From Sulfurospirillaceae bacterium (GTDB taxonomy: Bacteria > Campylobacterota > Campylobacteria > Campylobacterales > Sulfurospirillaceae), in assembly GCA_033723415.1 (NCBI GenBank), contig JAWVXD010000003.1, forward strand, positions 96,001 to 160,000: a stretch of 64,000 nt of DNA, in the 5' to 3' direction. The stretch's first letter is position 1. Each line of letters opens with the position of its first letter. This document shows, piece after piece, positions 8,857-19,521 of this stretch. The position numbers and the translations under genes were made by a program. The notes beneath the pieces were generated by a model that saw only the letters and a list, made by a program, of their open reading frames with translations, did not search any database and had not been told where the DNA came from.

Positions 8857-8897
8857 TATAATTGTCGACAATATTTATTGAATTGTCGACAATTATA
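8857..8897. promoter_or_regulatory. Tandem palindromic operator (2x ATTGTCGACAAT), probable GntR autoregulatory site
   Basis: Palindromes at 8861-8872 and 8882-8893, centres 21 bp apart, immediately upstream of the GntR start. Confidence 0.75.
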
Positions 8898-9054
8898 TAA
8901 GAATTAACTTTATTCTTAACTTAAACTTTATTTTTAAATTATTAGTATTGCTCAATAATTTTTTCTAAAATTTCATATTTTTTAAAAAATAAGCAATAAA
9001 TGTAACAAATTGTAACCAAATATCAAATAACATGTGGTTTTAACTAAAAGTTTA

Positions 9055-9083
9055 TTGACATAAAACAAAAATAATACTTTAAT
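9055..9083 (+). promoter_or_regulatory. Putative sigma70 promoter of the TAXI-TRAP operon
   Basis: TTGACA-N17-TTTAAT. Confidence 0.5.
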
Positions 9084-9125
9084 AAAAACTGAATCTTCGT
9101 ATGATTTAAATAAACCTTAAAGGAG

Positions 9126-10091
9126 TTGAAATTGAGGAAATCTTTACTTATAGCGGCCAGTGTTTTGGTTGCAATACCGGCAGTGGTAAGTGCTACGCAA
9201 TTTATTACGATTGGTACAGGCGGCGTTACAGGTGTTTATTATCCAACTGGGGGTGCAATTTGCCGAATGGTAGACAAATCAAAAGCAAAGACACATATTA
9301 GATGTGCAGTCCAATCTACTGCAGGTTCTGTCTTCAATGTGAATTCTGTTAAATCAGGTGATCTAGATTTTGGTATCGCTCAAAGTGATGTGGTATATCA
9401 AGCTTACCATGGACAGGGAATATTCAAAGGAAAAGCGCATAAAAACTTGAGAACTCTTATGACGATTTATCCTGAATTGCTCACTTTAGTTGTTAGAAAA
9501 GACTCAGGTATTAAAAATATAAAAGATATTGAAGGGAAAAGAATAAATATAGGAAATCCTGGAAGTGGGCAAAGAAATTCAACAGATCTACTTTTTAAAG
9601 AAACATCTCTTAGCAAAAGTGGATTAAAAGAAGCAAAAGAGTTAAAAGCTGCAGAAATGCCTGATGCTCTTAAAGATGGTCATATAGACGGTTATTTCTA
9701 TATGGTAGGTCATCCAACTTCAAATATTAAAGATGCGGCAAATTCAGTTGATATAGATTTAATTAATATTACGTCTAAGACTCTACCTGGATTGACAAAA
9801 TTCTTGAAAAAACATCCTTATTATGCAATGGGAACTATTCCAAAAGATATGTATAAAGGTGTTGATCATGATACAAGAACTTTCGGTGTTAAAGCAACAT
9901 TGGTAACAAATGCTAAAACAAGCGATAAAGTTGTTTTGGCGGTTATGAAAGCTGTACTTGATAATTTTGCAGCATTTAAAAAACTTCACCCAGCATATAA
10001 AAATATAACAAAGAAAAGTTTACTTGAAGGGTTGGGAGCTCCTTTGCATCCAGCAGCTAAAGCATATTTCAAAAAACTTGGTATTTTGTAA
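9126..10091 (+). CDS. TAXI-family TRAP transporter solute-binding protein
   Basis: Signal peptide followed by ITIGTGGVTGVYYPTGG, STAGSVFN, GNPGSG and PLHPAA motifs. Confidence 0.93.
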   Translation: MKLRKSLLIAASVLVAIPAVVSATQFITIGTGGVTGVYYPTGGAICRMVDKSKAKTHIRCAVQSTAGSVFNVNSVKSGDLDFGIAQSDVVYQAYHGQGIFKGKAHKNLRTLMTIYPELLTLVVRKDSGIKNIKDIEGKRINIGNPGSGQRNSTDLLFKETSLSKSGLKEAKELKAAEMPDALKDGHIDGYFYMVGHPTSNIKDAANSVDIDLINITSKTLPGLTKFLKKHPYYAMGTIPKDMYKGVDHDTRTFGVKATLVTNAKTSDKVVLAVMKAVLDNFAAFKKLHPAYKNITKKSLLEGLGAPLHPAAKAYFKKLGIL

Positions 10092-10111
10092 AAATACTTT
10101 TGATTCTTCAA

Positions 10112-10136
10112 ATTGCCCTGCCTTTAGCGGGGCAAT
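10112..10136 (+). terminator. Intercistronic stem-loop / partial terminator
   Basis: ATTGCCCTGC-cttta-GCGGGGCAAT after the TAXI gene; no strong U tract. Confidence 0.55.
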
Positions 10137-10211
10137 AAATTAAGGATATCTCTAAAATACAGGAAGGGAATATTTTATAGATGTCCTAAAGATAATCTAC
10201 AAGGATAAAAC

Positions 10212-12380
10212 TTGAAAGAGAAAATTGATAAGGATGAATATTTAGAAGATATTCAAGATAAAAACAAAAAAGAATTCGATGAACTATCTGAGCTTGATGA
10301 AAGTAGTATCCCAAGTGAAGATCATATGACTGCCGAAGAGAAATTGATAAGTGAGCTTGAGGGACAAAGGGTATTTCAAAAAGGTACATATAAATATAAA
10401 TTTATAACAATAGTTGCATTTACTTGGTCATTGTTTCAGCTATTTATAGTTATGAATCCAATCAATAGTGTATTTTTGCGCTCAATTCACTTGGCTTTTG
10501 CCGTTGTTTTGGCATTTACACTTTATCCGATCATAAAAAAACCACATTTAAGAAATACAATAACTTGGTATGATTTGTTATTTGCAGCTATCGGTGTTGC
10601 TGCTGTATTATATCAATCTTATGAATATAGTGCGTTGGCTATGCGTTCAGGCTCTTGGACACAAACGGATGTAGTCATGGGAATGTTGGCAGTAGTTGTG
10701 GTATTGGAGACTGCAAGAAGAGTTATGGGTTTACCGCTATCTGTTGTTGCCATAGTGTTTTTGGTGTATGATTATTTTGGGCCGTATATGCCTGATATAA
10801 TTGCACATAAAGCCGCGAATTTCTTTCAGCTGGCTGGACAAATGTCTTTAACTTCTGAAGGGATTTATGGTGTACCTCTAGGAGTCAGTGCTTCCTATGT
10901 CTTTTTATTTGTTCTTTTTGGTTCCCTTCTAGATCGTGCAGGAGGGGGCGAATATTTTATAAAGCTTGCATATACTTTATTGGGAAGATATGATGGAGGC
11001 CCTGCAAAAGCTTCTGTTGCAGCCTCAGGTCTTATGGGTATGATCTCAGGTTCTTCTATAGCAAATACTGTTACGGTTGGAACCTTCACTATCCCTCTTA
11101 TGAAAAGATTGGGATTTTCATCAAATAAAGCAGCAGCTGTTGAAGTATCAGCATCTGTTAACGGTCAACTCATGCCTCCTATTATGGGTGCTGCAGCATT
11201 TATTATGGCGGAATTTTTAGGACTTAGCTATAGAGATGTTGTCTTTGCAGCATTTCTTCCTGCTTTTGTTTGTTATTTTTCTCTATTTTATATCGTTCAT
11301 TTAGAAGCAAAAAAAGCCGGTATAAAAGGGGAAGATCCATCCAAACTGGGACGAGCATGGCCTATTTTTATAAAAGGGCTACACTATTTAGTTCCTATAT
11401 TTTTTCTTATGTATACGCTAATAGTACTTAGACAATCGGCTCAAAGTGCTGCATTTAACGCAATCATATTTATGATGCTGATCATGGTTTTACAAAAGCC
11501 ACTAAGAGCAATATTAAATAAAGAAAAAATAACACGTAGTATTTTGATGGAAGGTTTTACAGACATCGGTCAAGGTATGATAAACGGTGCAAAAGGCATG
11601 ATACCTATAGCTGCCGCAACAGCCGTTGCAGGTATTATTGTGGGTTCTGTTACATTGACAGGTATCGGGTTGATCTTGGTTGATGTTATAGATCAGTTAT
11701 CACATGGATATATTATTCTGGTCTTGCTATTGACTGCTATCACTTCGTTGATATTAGGAATGGGGCTTCCAACGACTGCAAACTATATCGTTATGGCTTC
11801 TTTGACGGCTCCTGTTATAATGCAATTATCAGCTCAAAACGGATATGTCATCCCTATGCTTGCCGCTCATATGTTTGTATTTTATTTTGGTATTTTAGCA
11901 GATGATACGCCACCTGTGGGATTAGCGGCATATGCCGCTGCAGGGATAGCAAAGGCAGATCCTGTCAAAACAGGTTTGCAGGGATTCTTTTATGACATAA
12001 GAACAGGACTTTTACCGTTTATGTTCTTTTTTAATAACAAACTTCTGATGATAGATCATGTCGACAAATTAGATCCTGATGATTCTACAAAGTGGGTATG
12101 GATATCAAATCCTTTGGAAATAGGAGCTATTTTTCTTGCCGCCCTTCTTGGAATGTTTGCTTTTACATCAGCAACGCAAGGATGGATGCTTACCAAGATT
12201 AGCACAGTAGAAAGATTACTTCTTATATCTGTCATACCTTTTGCAATGCAGCCTCAACTTATGGTAAATCATCTGGATTTACCAAATGAATATGTCAGTT
12301 ATATTGTCGCTCTATTGATTTTTGTAGCTGTGTATATGATCCAAAAAGTAAAAGTTAAAAAAGAAGTTATTGCAAGTTGA
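10212..12380 (+). CDS. TRAP transporter fused 4TM/12TM permease (TAXI-type)
   Basis: Highly hydrophobic; GGPAKASV, SGSSIANTV, GQLMPPIMGAAAF, GMGLPTTANY and DDTPPV motifs. Confidence 0.93.
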   Translation: MKEKIDKDEYLEDIQDKNKKEFDELSELDESSIPSEDHMTAEEKLISELEGQRVFQKGTYKYKFITIVAFTWSLFQLFIVMNPINSVFLRSIHLAFAVVLAFTLYPIIKKPHLRNTITWYDLLFAAIGVAAVLYQSYEYSALAMRSGSWTQTDVVMGMLAVVVVLETARRVMGLPLSVVAIVFLVYDYFGPYMPDIIAHKAANFFQLAGQMSLTSEGIYGVPLGVSASYVFLFVLFGSLLDRAGGGEYFIKLAYTLLGRYDGGPAKASVAASGLMGMISGSSIANTVTVGTFTIPLMKRLGFSSNKAAAVEVSASVNGQLMPPIMGAAAFIMAEFLGLSYRDVVFAAFLPAFVCYFSLFYIVHLEAKKAGIKGEDPSKLGRAWPIFIKGLHYLVPIFFLMYTLIVLRQSAQSAAFNAIIFMMLIMVLQKPLRAILNKEKITRSILMEGFTDIGQGMINGAKGMIPIAAATAVAGIIVGSVTLTGIGLILVDVIDQLSHGYIILVLLLTAITSLILGMGLPTTANYIVMASLTAPVIMQLSAQNGYVIPMLAAHMFVFYFGILADDTPPVGLAAYAAAGIAKADPVKTGLQGFFYDIRTGLLPFMFFFNNKLLMIDHVDKLDPDDSTKWVWISNPLEIGAIFLAALLGMFAFTSATQGWMLTKISTVERLLLISVIPFAMQPQLMVNHLDLPNEYVSYIVALLIFVAVYMIQKVKVKKEVIAS

Positions 12381-12388
12381 CTAAAACT

Positions 12389-12420
12389 AGAAATGAGTGA
12401 TTGAATCGCTCATTTCTTTT
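12389..12420 (+). terminator. Rho-independent terminator
   Basis: AGAAATGAGTGAT-tga-ATCGCTCATTTCT followed by T residues, between convergent genes. Confidence 0.75.
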
Positions 12421-12441
12421 CTTATATCTAAATATCTGACA

Positions 12442-13713
12442 TTATATACCGATCGCCTCGCTTATTCCTCCGTTTGCACTGTGATATATGATTGTATGAT
12501 ACTTCCTAGAATAAAATTTTAAAAGAAGATTTTGTAAAGTCGGTTCAGTAGAAGGAGTGAACCAGGCATTGTTACTGATCGCGACCATTCGTTTTGGGTT
12601 ATTTTCGAAGAGTTCGTCCGTTGTGGCTTCAAAACATATAGCATTTCTAAATTTTTCCCCTTTGATATTAAAATCATGCGGTTTTTTTGCATTCGCAAAA
12701 TCACTTGAAGAGTTAAAAAATATACGATTGATAAACTTACCTAAGAATGAAGGTAAAGGAATCTCTTCACCAAAAGGGACAAGTACGACTTTGTTCGCTA
12801 TCTCTACATTTCCGTTTTGAAAAAAGTAAGTAGAGTTATATATTTTGTCATCCTTATACGACAACGCACCTGTTATAATGTCTATCCTTTTTGAAAGTGA
12901 TTCAAGTTTTACGAGTTCCTCAGGTGACATATCCAGATATATCGGGAAAGCCGTTTCCGGCAAAATGATCAAATCAAATTGGTTTTTTATAGCTTGTTCT
13001 ATTTGATAATAATTATTTTCCAAAATCTCGTTTTCATACTTGGGATCCCATTTGTCCTTTTGGTTAAGATGCATAGATACGGTTTTTATACGCAGAGTAT
13101 TATTATCAGCTTTGTGTGGCTGATTATATGTTGCTAAAAGTAAAAAAATCAAAGATAAAACTTTGTACCATCGTTTGAGCTTTACAAGCAGTAATATTGC
13201 GATCAAAAATGATATATATGTCATCATCAAGGGATTGAAATAAGAGTTCGACAAAGATAGTTCAAGTTTTAGCCAATTGAAACCAAAAGGATGAATAAAA
13301 CTTATCGCAAAAACTAGAAAAGTTTTGATATAGATATTGTTCTCAAAAGCTCCAACAATCCTAAAAATTATCCCGTATATGAGACCTATGCCTAAGATCA
13401 CAATAGGAATCAGATAAGCTAAATGATAGTAAATAAAACTAAAAGAAATCCAATAAAACCATAAGATCCCAATAAAAAAACCTATCCAAAAAAATTCATA
13501 ACGATTGCTTTTTAGAAGTAGATAAAATCCTAATATCGCGATTAGCGAATAGGCGGGTTTAGACTCGAAATTCAAATATGTTAAAAAAATAAAAATTGAT
13601 AAACAAAAAGCTACGGCAAAGCCTTTTATTATATAAGAAGTGGTAAAATGACCACTTACAAAATTTTTATTAAAGGATTTACATGCAAGGCGGTACAAGT
13701 ATGTTAACTTCAT
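12442..13713 (-). CDS. lnt: Apolipoprotein N-acyltransferase
   Basis: TM N-terminus; nitrilase-fold triad motifs LPETAFP, NKVVLVPFGE and AICFE. Exact start uncertain (ATG 13713 chosen). Confidence 0.9.
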   Translation of the reverse strand: MKLTYLYRLACKSFNKNFVSGHFTTSYIIKGFAVAFCLSIFIFLTYLNFESKPAYSLIAILGFYLLLKSNRYEFFWIGFFIGILWFYWISFSFIYYHLAYLIPIVILGIGLIYGIIFRIVGAFENNIYIKTFLVFAISFIHPFGFNWLKLELSLSNSYFNPLMMTYISFLIAILLLVKLKRWYKVLSLIFLLLATYNQPHKADNNTLRIKTVSMHLNQKDKWDPKYENEILENNYYQIEQAIKNQFDLIILPETAFPIYLDMSPEELVKLESLSKRIDIITGALSYKDDKIYNSTYFFQNGNVEIANKVVLVPFGEEIPLPSFLGKFINRIFFNSSSDFANAKKPHDFNIKGEKFRNAICFEATTDELFENNPKRMVAISNNAWFTPSTEPTLQNLLLKFYSRKYHTIIYHSANGGISEAIGI

Positions 13714-13955
13714 TACTTCCATTAGTCGTTCTTTTTGCGATTTTTTACTTCTTGGTTATAAGACCACAGCAGAAGCAGGCAAAACAACACAAAGAGATGA
13801 TCGAAGGTCTCAAAAAAGGAGACAAAGTCATAACTAGCGGAGGACTTATCTGTGAAGTTGTTAAACCTGAGGAGAATTTTATCAAAGTTTCACTTAATGA
13901 GAGTGTAATCGTTAAAATCTCAAAAGAATATATAGCGAAAAAAATAGATGAATAA
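13683..13955 (+). CDS. yajC: Preprotein translocase subunit YajC
   Basis: FYFLVIRPQQK...LKKGDKVITSGG. Confidence 0.95.
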   Translation: MQGGTSMLTSLLPLVVLFAIFYFLVIRPQQKQAKQHKEMIEGLKKGDKVITSGGLICEVVKPEENFIKVSLNESVIVKISKEYIAKKIDE

Positions 13956-15528
13956 GGGTGGATTAAATTACCGCTTGGTGATTTTTTTCATTGCAATAAT
14001 CTTCGGAGTGGGTTTTACTATGCCTACTCTGTTGCAAACTAAAAGTGGAGCAAAAATTGCCTTAGGATTGGATCTTCAAGGTGGGCTTCATATGCTTTTA
14101 GGCGTAAAAACCGATGAAGCAATTAAATCAAAAATGAAATCAATCGCATCAAGCGTAAAATTCTTTACGGATAATAATGACATAATTATAAATGATTTGA
14201 GAGTAAATAACGATCTAGTCACATTTACTCTTTTAGACGGGGATGAAGAAAAGAACTTAGATACAATGCTTGGCAAGATACAAGGATTGCAAGTCAAAAA
14301 AGACAAATTATCTTATACCCTGAGCCTTAGTGCAAAAGAAAAAATTGCCACTAAGAAATTTGCAGTTTCTCAAGCAGTTGAGACTATTCGTAACAGAATA
14401 GATCAGTTTGGATTGTCTGAACCGAATGTTGCAAAACAAGGTGAAGATAAGATACTTGTTGAGCTTCCAGGGATCAAAACGATAGAGCAAGAACAAAGAG
14501 CCAGAGCGTTGATAGCAAAAGCTGCTCACCTACAGCTAATGGCAGTGGATGAGAAAAAAGCCGATCAAGCTCAAAGTATGAGTGAAGATGAAGCTAGAGC
14601 TTACGGAGATGTTATCTTCCCTGATTCTACAAACCCTCAAAGAAAATATATAGTAAAAAGTGTTCCTATACTTGATGGTAGTATGCTAACTGACGCAAAG
14701 GTCGGCTTTAGTCAAATGAACCAGCCTGTTATCAACTTTACTCTCAACAGTGAAGGTGCCAAGATATTTGGTGATTATACTGCTAAAAATGTTGGAAATC
14801 ACTTAGCTATCGTTTTGGATAACGTTGTTTACTCTGCTCCGGTGATTCGTGAGAGAATAGGCGGCGGCAGCGGACAGATCAGTGGCGGCTTCAGTGTCAA
14901 AGAAGCACATGACGTGGCAATTGCTCTTAGAAGCGGGGCACTTTTGGCTCCTGTTACATTGTTGGAGAAAAGAAGTGTCGGACCAAGCCTAGGGGCTGAT
15001 AGTATCAAAGCAAGCCTTATCTCTTTGGTAGTAGGTTTTGTATTGGTTGTCTTGTTCATGATCATGTATTATGGCATGGCAGGTGTTATCGCTGATATTG
15101 CTTTGATAGTCAATCTATTCCTGGTGGTAGCGATTATGGCACTCTTTGGAGCTACGCTGACGCTTCCTGGTATGGCAGGTATCGTTCTGACGGTTGGTAT
15201 GGCCGTGGATTCAAACGTTATTATAAACGAACGGATTCGTGAGCTGTTTCGTGAAGGTGCCGGAGTTACCAGAGCCGTTGAAAAAGGTTATGAAAACGCT
15301 ATGAGCGCTATTTTGGATTCAAATATTACTACACTGATCGCAGCTGTCGTACTATATGCGTATGGGACTGGACCTATTAAAGGATTTGCAGTTACTATGA
15401 GTATTGGTATTATTGCATCTATGTTGACGGCGATCTTGGGAACTCATGGAATATATCAATATCTTATGCCATATATAGAAAAAAGTAAAAGCCTGCCATT
15501 TTGGTTTGGTGTAAAAAAAGGTAGATAA
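13948..15528 (+). CDS. secD: Protein translocase subunit SecD
   Basis: LGLDLQGG, RIDQFGLSEP, VGPSLG and GMAVDSNVIINERIRE motifs. Confidence 0.97.
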   Translation: MNKGGLNYRLVIFFIAIIFGVGFTMPTLLQTKSGAKIALGLDLQGGLHMLLGVKTDEAIKSKMKSIASSVKFFTDNNDIIINDLRVNNDLVTFTLLDGDEEKNLDTMLGKIQGLQVKKDKLSYTLSLSAKEKIATKKFAVSQAVETIRNRIDQFGLSEPNVAKQGEDKILVELPGIKTIEQEQRARALIAKAAHLQLMAVDEKKADQAQSMSEDEARAYGDVIFPDSTNPQRKYIVKSVPILDGSMLTDAKVGFSQMNQPVINFTLNSEGAKIFGDYTAKNVGNHLAIVLDNVVYSAPVIRERIGGGSGQISGGFSVKEAHDVAIALRSGALLAPVTLLEKRSVGPSLGADSIKASLISLVVGFVLVVLFMIMYYGMAGVIADIALIVNLFLVVAIMALFGATLTLPGMAGIVLTVGMAVDSNVIINERIRELFREGAGVTRAVEKGYENAMSAILDSNITTLIAAVVLYAYGTGPIKGFAVTMSIGIIASMLTAILGTHGIYQYLMPYIEKSKSLPFWFGVKKGR

Positions 15529-16499
15529 TGCAAGTATTTTCAAAAGATAAAATTTATGATTTTATGGGTAAAAGCAATATTTTTATAGGTATATCGATCA
15601 TATTTATGTTATCATCATATTTCTTTTTATATACAAAAGGATTAAATTACGGTATCGACTTTGCAGGAGGTACCGTTGTTCAAGTTAGATATGACAAAAC
15701 AGCTCCGATAGATAAGATGAGAGAAAGTTTATCTAAAGATAAGGCTTTTGCAAATGCATCTATAACACAATTTGGTTCACCAAAAGAAGTAATTATCCGT
15801 TTTTCTACATCTAGCGGCAGTGTTAGTACAGATGCCGGCGATAAAATGAAAAAGATACTCAAAGGTACCGGTAATTTTGAGATAAGACGTGTTGATATAG
15901 TCGGTCCAAAAGTTGGAGGGGAACTCCGGCAAAAGGGTATGATGGCATTAGTTATGTCTATCATTGCCATCTTGGCATATGTTGCATTCAGATTTGATTG
16001 GCGTTTTGCCGTTGCATCTGTTGTGGCTTTGGTTCATGACGTGACTATTGCTATGGGGGCCGTTTCTCTCTTTCACGTGGATGTGAATTTGGATGTTTTG
16101 GCGGCTATCTTGACGCTCATGGGGTATTCTCTAAATGATACGATCATTGTATTTGACCGTATTCGTGAGACGATCGGTGAAACAAAAGATTTAGATCTTT
16201 TTACAGTTATCAATGATGCTGTTTCTAAGACTTTATCTAGAACATTGCTTACTTCGTTGACAGTATTTTTTGTTATATTGACACTTTATGCACTAGGCGG
16301 AGAAATTATCAGTAGTTTTAGTTTTACATTGTTAGTAGGGGTTGTCGTAGGAACTTACAGTTCAGTTTTCGTAGCTTCTCCTTTGCTGAAATGGCTAGGA
16401 TTTAACTTGAAACAATACAAAGAAAAAGAAGCCTTAAAGCTCAAGCAAAAATTAGAACGAGAAAAAACGAGAGCAATGTACGAAAAAGGCATGCTCTAA
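15528..16499 (+). CDS. secF: Protein translocase subunit SecF
   Basis: GIDFAGGT, VGPKVG and GYSLNDTIIVFDRIRE motifs. Confidence 0.97.
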   Translation: MQVFSKDKIYDFMGKSNIFIGISIIFMLSSYFFLYTKGLNYGIDFAGGTVVQVRYDKTAPIDKMRESLSKDKAFANASITQFGSPKEVIIRFSTSSGSVSTDAGDKMKKILKGTGNFEIRRVDIVGPKVGGELRQKGMMALVMSIIAILAYVAFRFDWRFAVASVVALVHDVTIAMGAVSLFHVDVNLDVLAAILTLMGYSLNDTIIVFDRIRETIGETKDLDLFTVINDAVSKTLSRTLLTSLTVFFVILTLYALGGEIISSFSFTLLVGVVVGTYSSVFVASPLLKWLGFNLKQYKEKEALKLKQKLEREKTRAMYEKGML

Positions 16500-16512
16500 C
16501 GAGCAGGCCTTT
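16485..16512 (+). terminator. Stem-loop spanning the secF stop codon
   Basis: AAAGGCaTGCTC-taac-GAGCAgGCCTTT. Confidence 0.5.
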
Positions 16513-16552
16513 AATGCAAAAAATAATTCTAAGTATATAATTTTATGGAGAG

Positions 16553-19006
16553 ATGATGGAATATAATGTTTCGCAGATAGAGAAAAAATGGCAACAATAT
16601 TGGAGTGAGCATAACTCTTTTGAGCCAGAGAATGATTTTGCAAAAGAAAAAAAATATATTTTAAGTATGTTCCCATACCCAAGTGGCAAAATCCATATGG
16701 GTCATGTTCGAAATTACAGTATTGGGGATGCTATTGCGAGGCATCATAGAAAAAACGGGTACAATGTTTTACATCCTATCGGTTGGGATTCATTCGGTAT
16801 GCCTGCTGAGAATGCAGCTATCAAGAACAACACTCATCCAAAAAAATGGACTTATGAAAATATAGATTATATGAGAAAGGAGCTTAGTTCTCTAGGCTTT
16901 TCTTTCTCTCAAAAAAGAGAATTTGCAACCAGTGATCCGCTTTATACAAAACACGAGCAAAAGATATTTATTGAAATGTTCAAGCAAGGTTTGGTTTATC
17001 AAAAAAGTGCCAATTTAAATTGGTGTGATACTTGCCAGACAGTGCTTGCCAATGAGCAGGTCGAAGATGGGAAATGCTGGAGATGCGATAATGATGTAGC
17101 TCAAAAAGAAATGGCAGGTTATTATCTAAAAATAACGCAATATGCACAAGAGCTGCTTGATGATCTACAAGATCTAAAAGACGGATGGCCTCATCAGGTT
17201 TTGACCATGCAAGAAAACTGGATAGGAAGAAGCGAAGGATTGGAATTTGATTTTCATTTGAGTGAAGAATCAATCGCTAAACTTGGTAAAAATTTTGAAA
17301 AATTTAAAGTTTTTACGACTAGACCTGATACGATTTTTGGGATCAGCTATTCTGCTTTGGCACCAGAACATGATATAGTGAAATATTTAGTCCAAAACAG
17401 ACTTTTGGATGATAACAAGATTGAAGCAATAAAAGAGATGCAGTCTTTGAGTTCCAGAGAAAAATCAATGGCAGAGAAAAGAGGGCTGTACTTGGACTTA
17501 GATGTTATACATCCTCTTACAAAGAAAAAAGTGCCTCTTTGGGTAGCAAATTTTGTACTAATCGAATATGGCGGCGGTGCTGTTATGGCAGTTCCGGCAC
17601 ATGACGAGCGAGATTTTGAATTTGCGACAAAATATAACTTGCCTATAAGACAAAGTATCAGAAGTGATAAAGAAGAATATGACGGAAGTCGGGCTACAAC
17701 AGAATACGGTTATCTTGTCGACTCTGAAGATTTTACAGGTCTAAGCTCCGTTGAGGCAAAACAAAAGATCATCGAATATTTTGAAAAAAACTCTTTAGGT
17801 AAGAAAGTTGTAAACTATAAACTTAGAGATTGGGGAATCAGCAGACAGAGATACTGGGGTGCTCCTATCCCGATGGTACACTGTTCAAAATGCGGGTTAG
17901 TGCCTGAATCTGATGAAAATCTACCGATAAAGTTACCTGATGATATTCAAATCACAGGGGAGGGAAATCCTCTTTATCGACATCCGACTTGGAAGCATAC
18001 GACTTGTCCAAAATGCGGAGACGATGCTACACGTGAAACTGATACTATGGATACCTTCTTTCAATCAAGTTGGTATTTTTTAAGATACACTACTGATCCT
18101 TCACTCTGGGAAGATGAAGCATTTGATAAGAAGAGCAGTGATTATTGGATGAATGTAGATCAGTATATCGGAGGTATCGAACACGCAATACTTCATCTTT
18201 TATATTCCAGATTTTTTACAAAAGTTTTAAGAGATATGGGAAAAGTGTCTTGTGATGAGCCTTTTGCAAATCTTTTAACACAAGGTATGGTTTTGAAAGA
18301 CGGTTCAAAGATGAGTAAATCAAAAGGCAATACTGTAGACCCGGATGATATTATACAAAAATATGGAGCAGATACGGCAAGACTTTTCATATTATTTGCT
18401 GCACCTCCTGTAAAAGAATTGGAATGGAATGATAATGCCGTAGAAGGTGCATTTAAATTCATAAAAAGATTTGTATCTAAGACAGAACTTGCACAAAAGT
18501 GTGAATCAATACCTGAAATCGAGCATGCTAAATTATCAAAAGAAGCGAAACTTGCCAGAAAAAAAGTTTATGAAGCTCTCAAAAAATCTAATGAAGTTTT
18601 TAGTAGCGCATATGCTTTCAATACTCTAATAGCTGCTTGTATGGAAGCTTTAAATGCCTTAAATGCGCAGGATGACACGAAAATTTGGACTGAGGGATAT
18701 TTTATACTTTCAAATATATTAGAACCAATTATTCCTCATGTTTGCTGGGAAATAAGCTCACAGTTATTTAATTTGAAAAATTTTGATAAAATAGAGTTGT
18801 TAGAAGAAGTATTTGAAGTTGACAGTATGATTATAGCAATTACGATAAATGGTAAAAAAAGAGCCGAAATAGAGGTTAGTGTCGACATGCAGTCTGATAT
18901 GATTATCAAAGAAGCAAAAATAGTTGCTGAAAAATGGTTGGCAGATAAACAGATAATTAAAGAAATATTAGTTCCAAAAAAATTGGTTAATTTGGTTGTA
19001 AAATAA
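16553..19006 (+). CDS. leuS: Leucine--tRNA ligase
   Basis: [13 protein letters not shown] (HIGH-like) and KMSKS motifs, with a CP1 editing domain. Confidence 0.98.
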   Translation: MMEYNVSQIEKKWQQYWSEHNSFEPENDFAKEKKYILSMFPYPSGKIHMGHVRNYSIGDAIARHHRKNGYNVLHPIGWDSFGMPAENAAIKNNTHPKKWTYENIDYMRKELSSLGFSFSQKREFATSDPLYTKHEQKIFIEMFKQGLVYQKSANLNWCDTCQTVLANEQVEDGKCWRCDNDVAQKEMAGYYLKITQYAQELLDDLQDLKDGWPHQVLTMQENWIGRSEGLEFDFHLSEESIAKLGKNFEKFKVFTTRPDTIFGISYSALAPEHDIVKYLVQNRLLDDNKIEAIKEMQSLSSREKSMAEKRGLYLDLDVIHPLTKKKVPLWVANFVLIEYGGGAVMAVPAHDERDFEFATKYNLPIRQSIRSDKEEYDGSRATTEYGYLVDSEDFTGLSSVEAKQKIIEYFEKNSLGKKVVNYKLRDWGISRQRYWGAPIPMVHCSKCGLVPESDENLPIKLPDDIQITGEGNPLYRHPTWKHTTCPKCGDDATRETDTMDTFFQSSWYFLRYTTDPSLWEDEAFDKKSSDYWMNVDQYIGGIEHAILHLLYSRFFTKVLRDMGKVSCDEPFANLLTQGMVLKDGSKMSKSKGNTVDPDDIIQKYGADTARLFILFAAPPVKELEWNDNAVEGAFKFIKRFVSKTELAQKCESIPEIEHAKLSKEAKLARKKVYEALKKSNEVFSSAYAFNTLIAACMEALNALNAQDDTKIWTEGYFILSNILEPIIPHVCWEISSQLFNLKNFDKIELLEEVFEVDSMIIAITINGKKRAEIEVSVDMQSDMIIKEAKIVAEKWLADKQIIKEILVPKKLVNLVVK

Positions 19007-19007
19007 T

Positions 19008-19505
19008 ATGAGATACTTAAGTGTTTTATTGATTTTTTTATTTCTAGGATGTGGGTATAAGCCTAGTTCGTATTATACAAAAAAAGTATTGGGCGATAAT
19101 ATCCATGTAAATGTGACTATAAGCAGAAAAGATCCAAAAAATAGCGTTCTTGTAAAAGACGCTATAAACGAGGCAGTGGTTGGAAGATTTGGCGGAAGAT
19201 TGTCAAGTAAAGAAAAGGCTGATTCTAATCTTCTTATCGGCATAGAATCCGTAACATTTACTCCAACTGTTTATGACAAAAACGGGTATGTTATAGCGTA
19301 TAAAACAAGTGTTGTTTTGAATACTACATATGAAACCAAGACTCATGGTAAAAAGAGTTTTAGTGCTACGGGAGAGTATGATTTCCCTATAGAAGCAAAC
19401 AGTGTAATATCAGATACTAAAAGATTTGACGCAATTAAATTTGCCTCCCTTGATGCGGTTAATGAGATAATATCCAAAATATCTATAATCGGTAGCATGC
19501 AGTAG
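19008..19505 (+). CDS. lptE: LPS assembly lipoprotein LptE
   Basis: Lipobox FLGC followed by GYKP; conserved position after leuS. Confidence 0.8.
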   Translation: MRYLSVLLIFLFLGCGYKPSSYYTKKVLGDNIHVNVTISRKDPKNSVLVKDAINEAVVGRFGGRLSSKEKADSNLLIGIESVTFTPTVYDKNGYVIAYKTSVVLNTTYETKTHGKKSFSATGEYDFPIEANSVISDTKRFDAIKFASLDAVNEIISKISIIGSMQ

Positions 19506-19521
19506 AGTAAAAAGGTAAATT

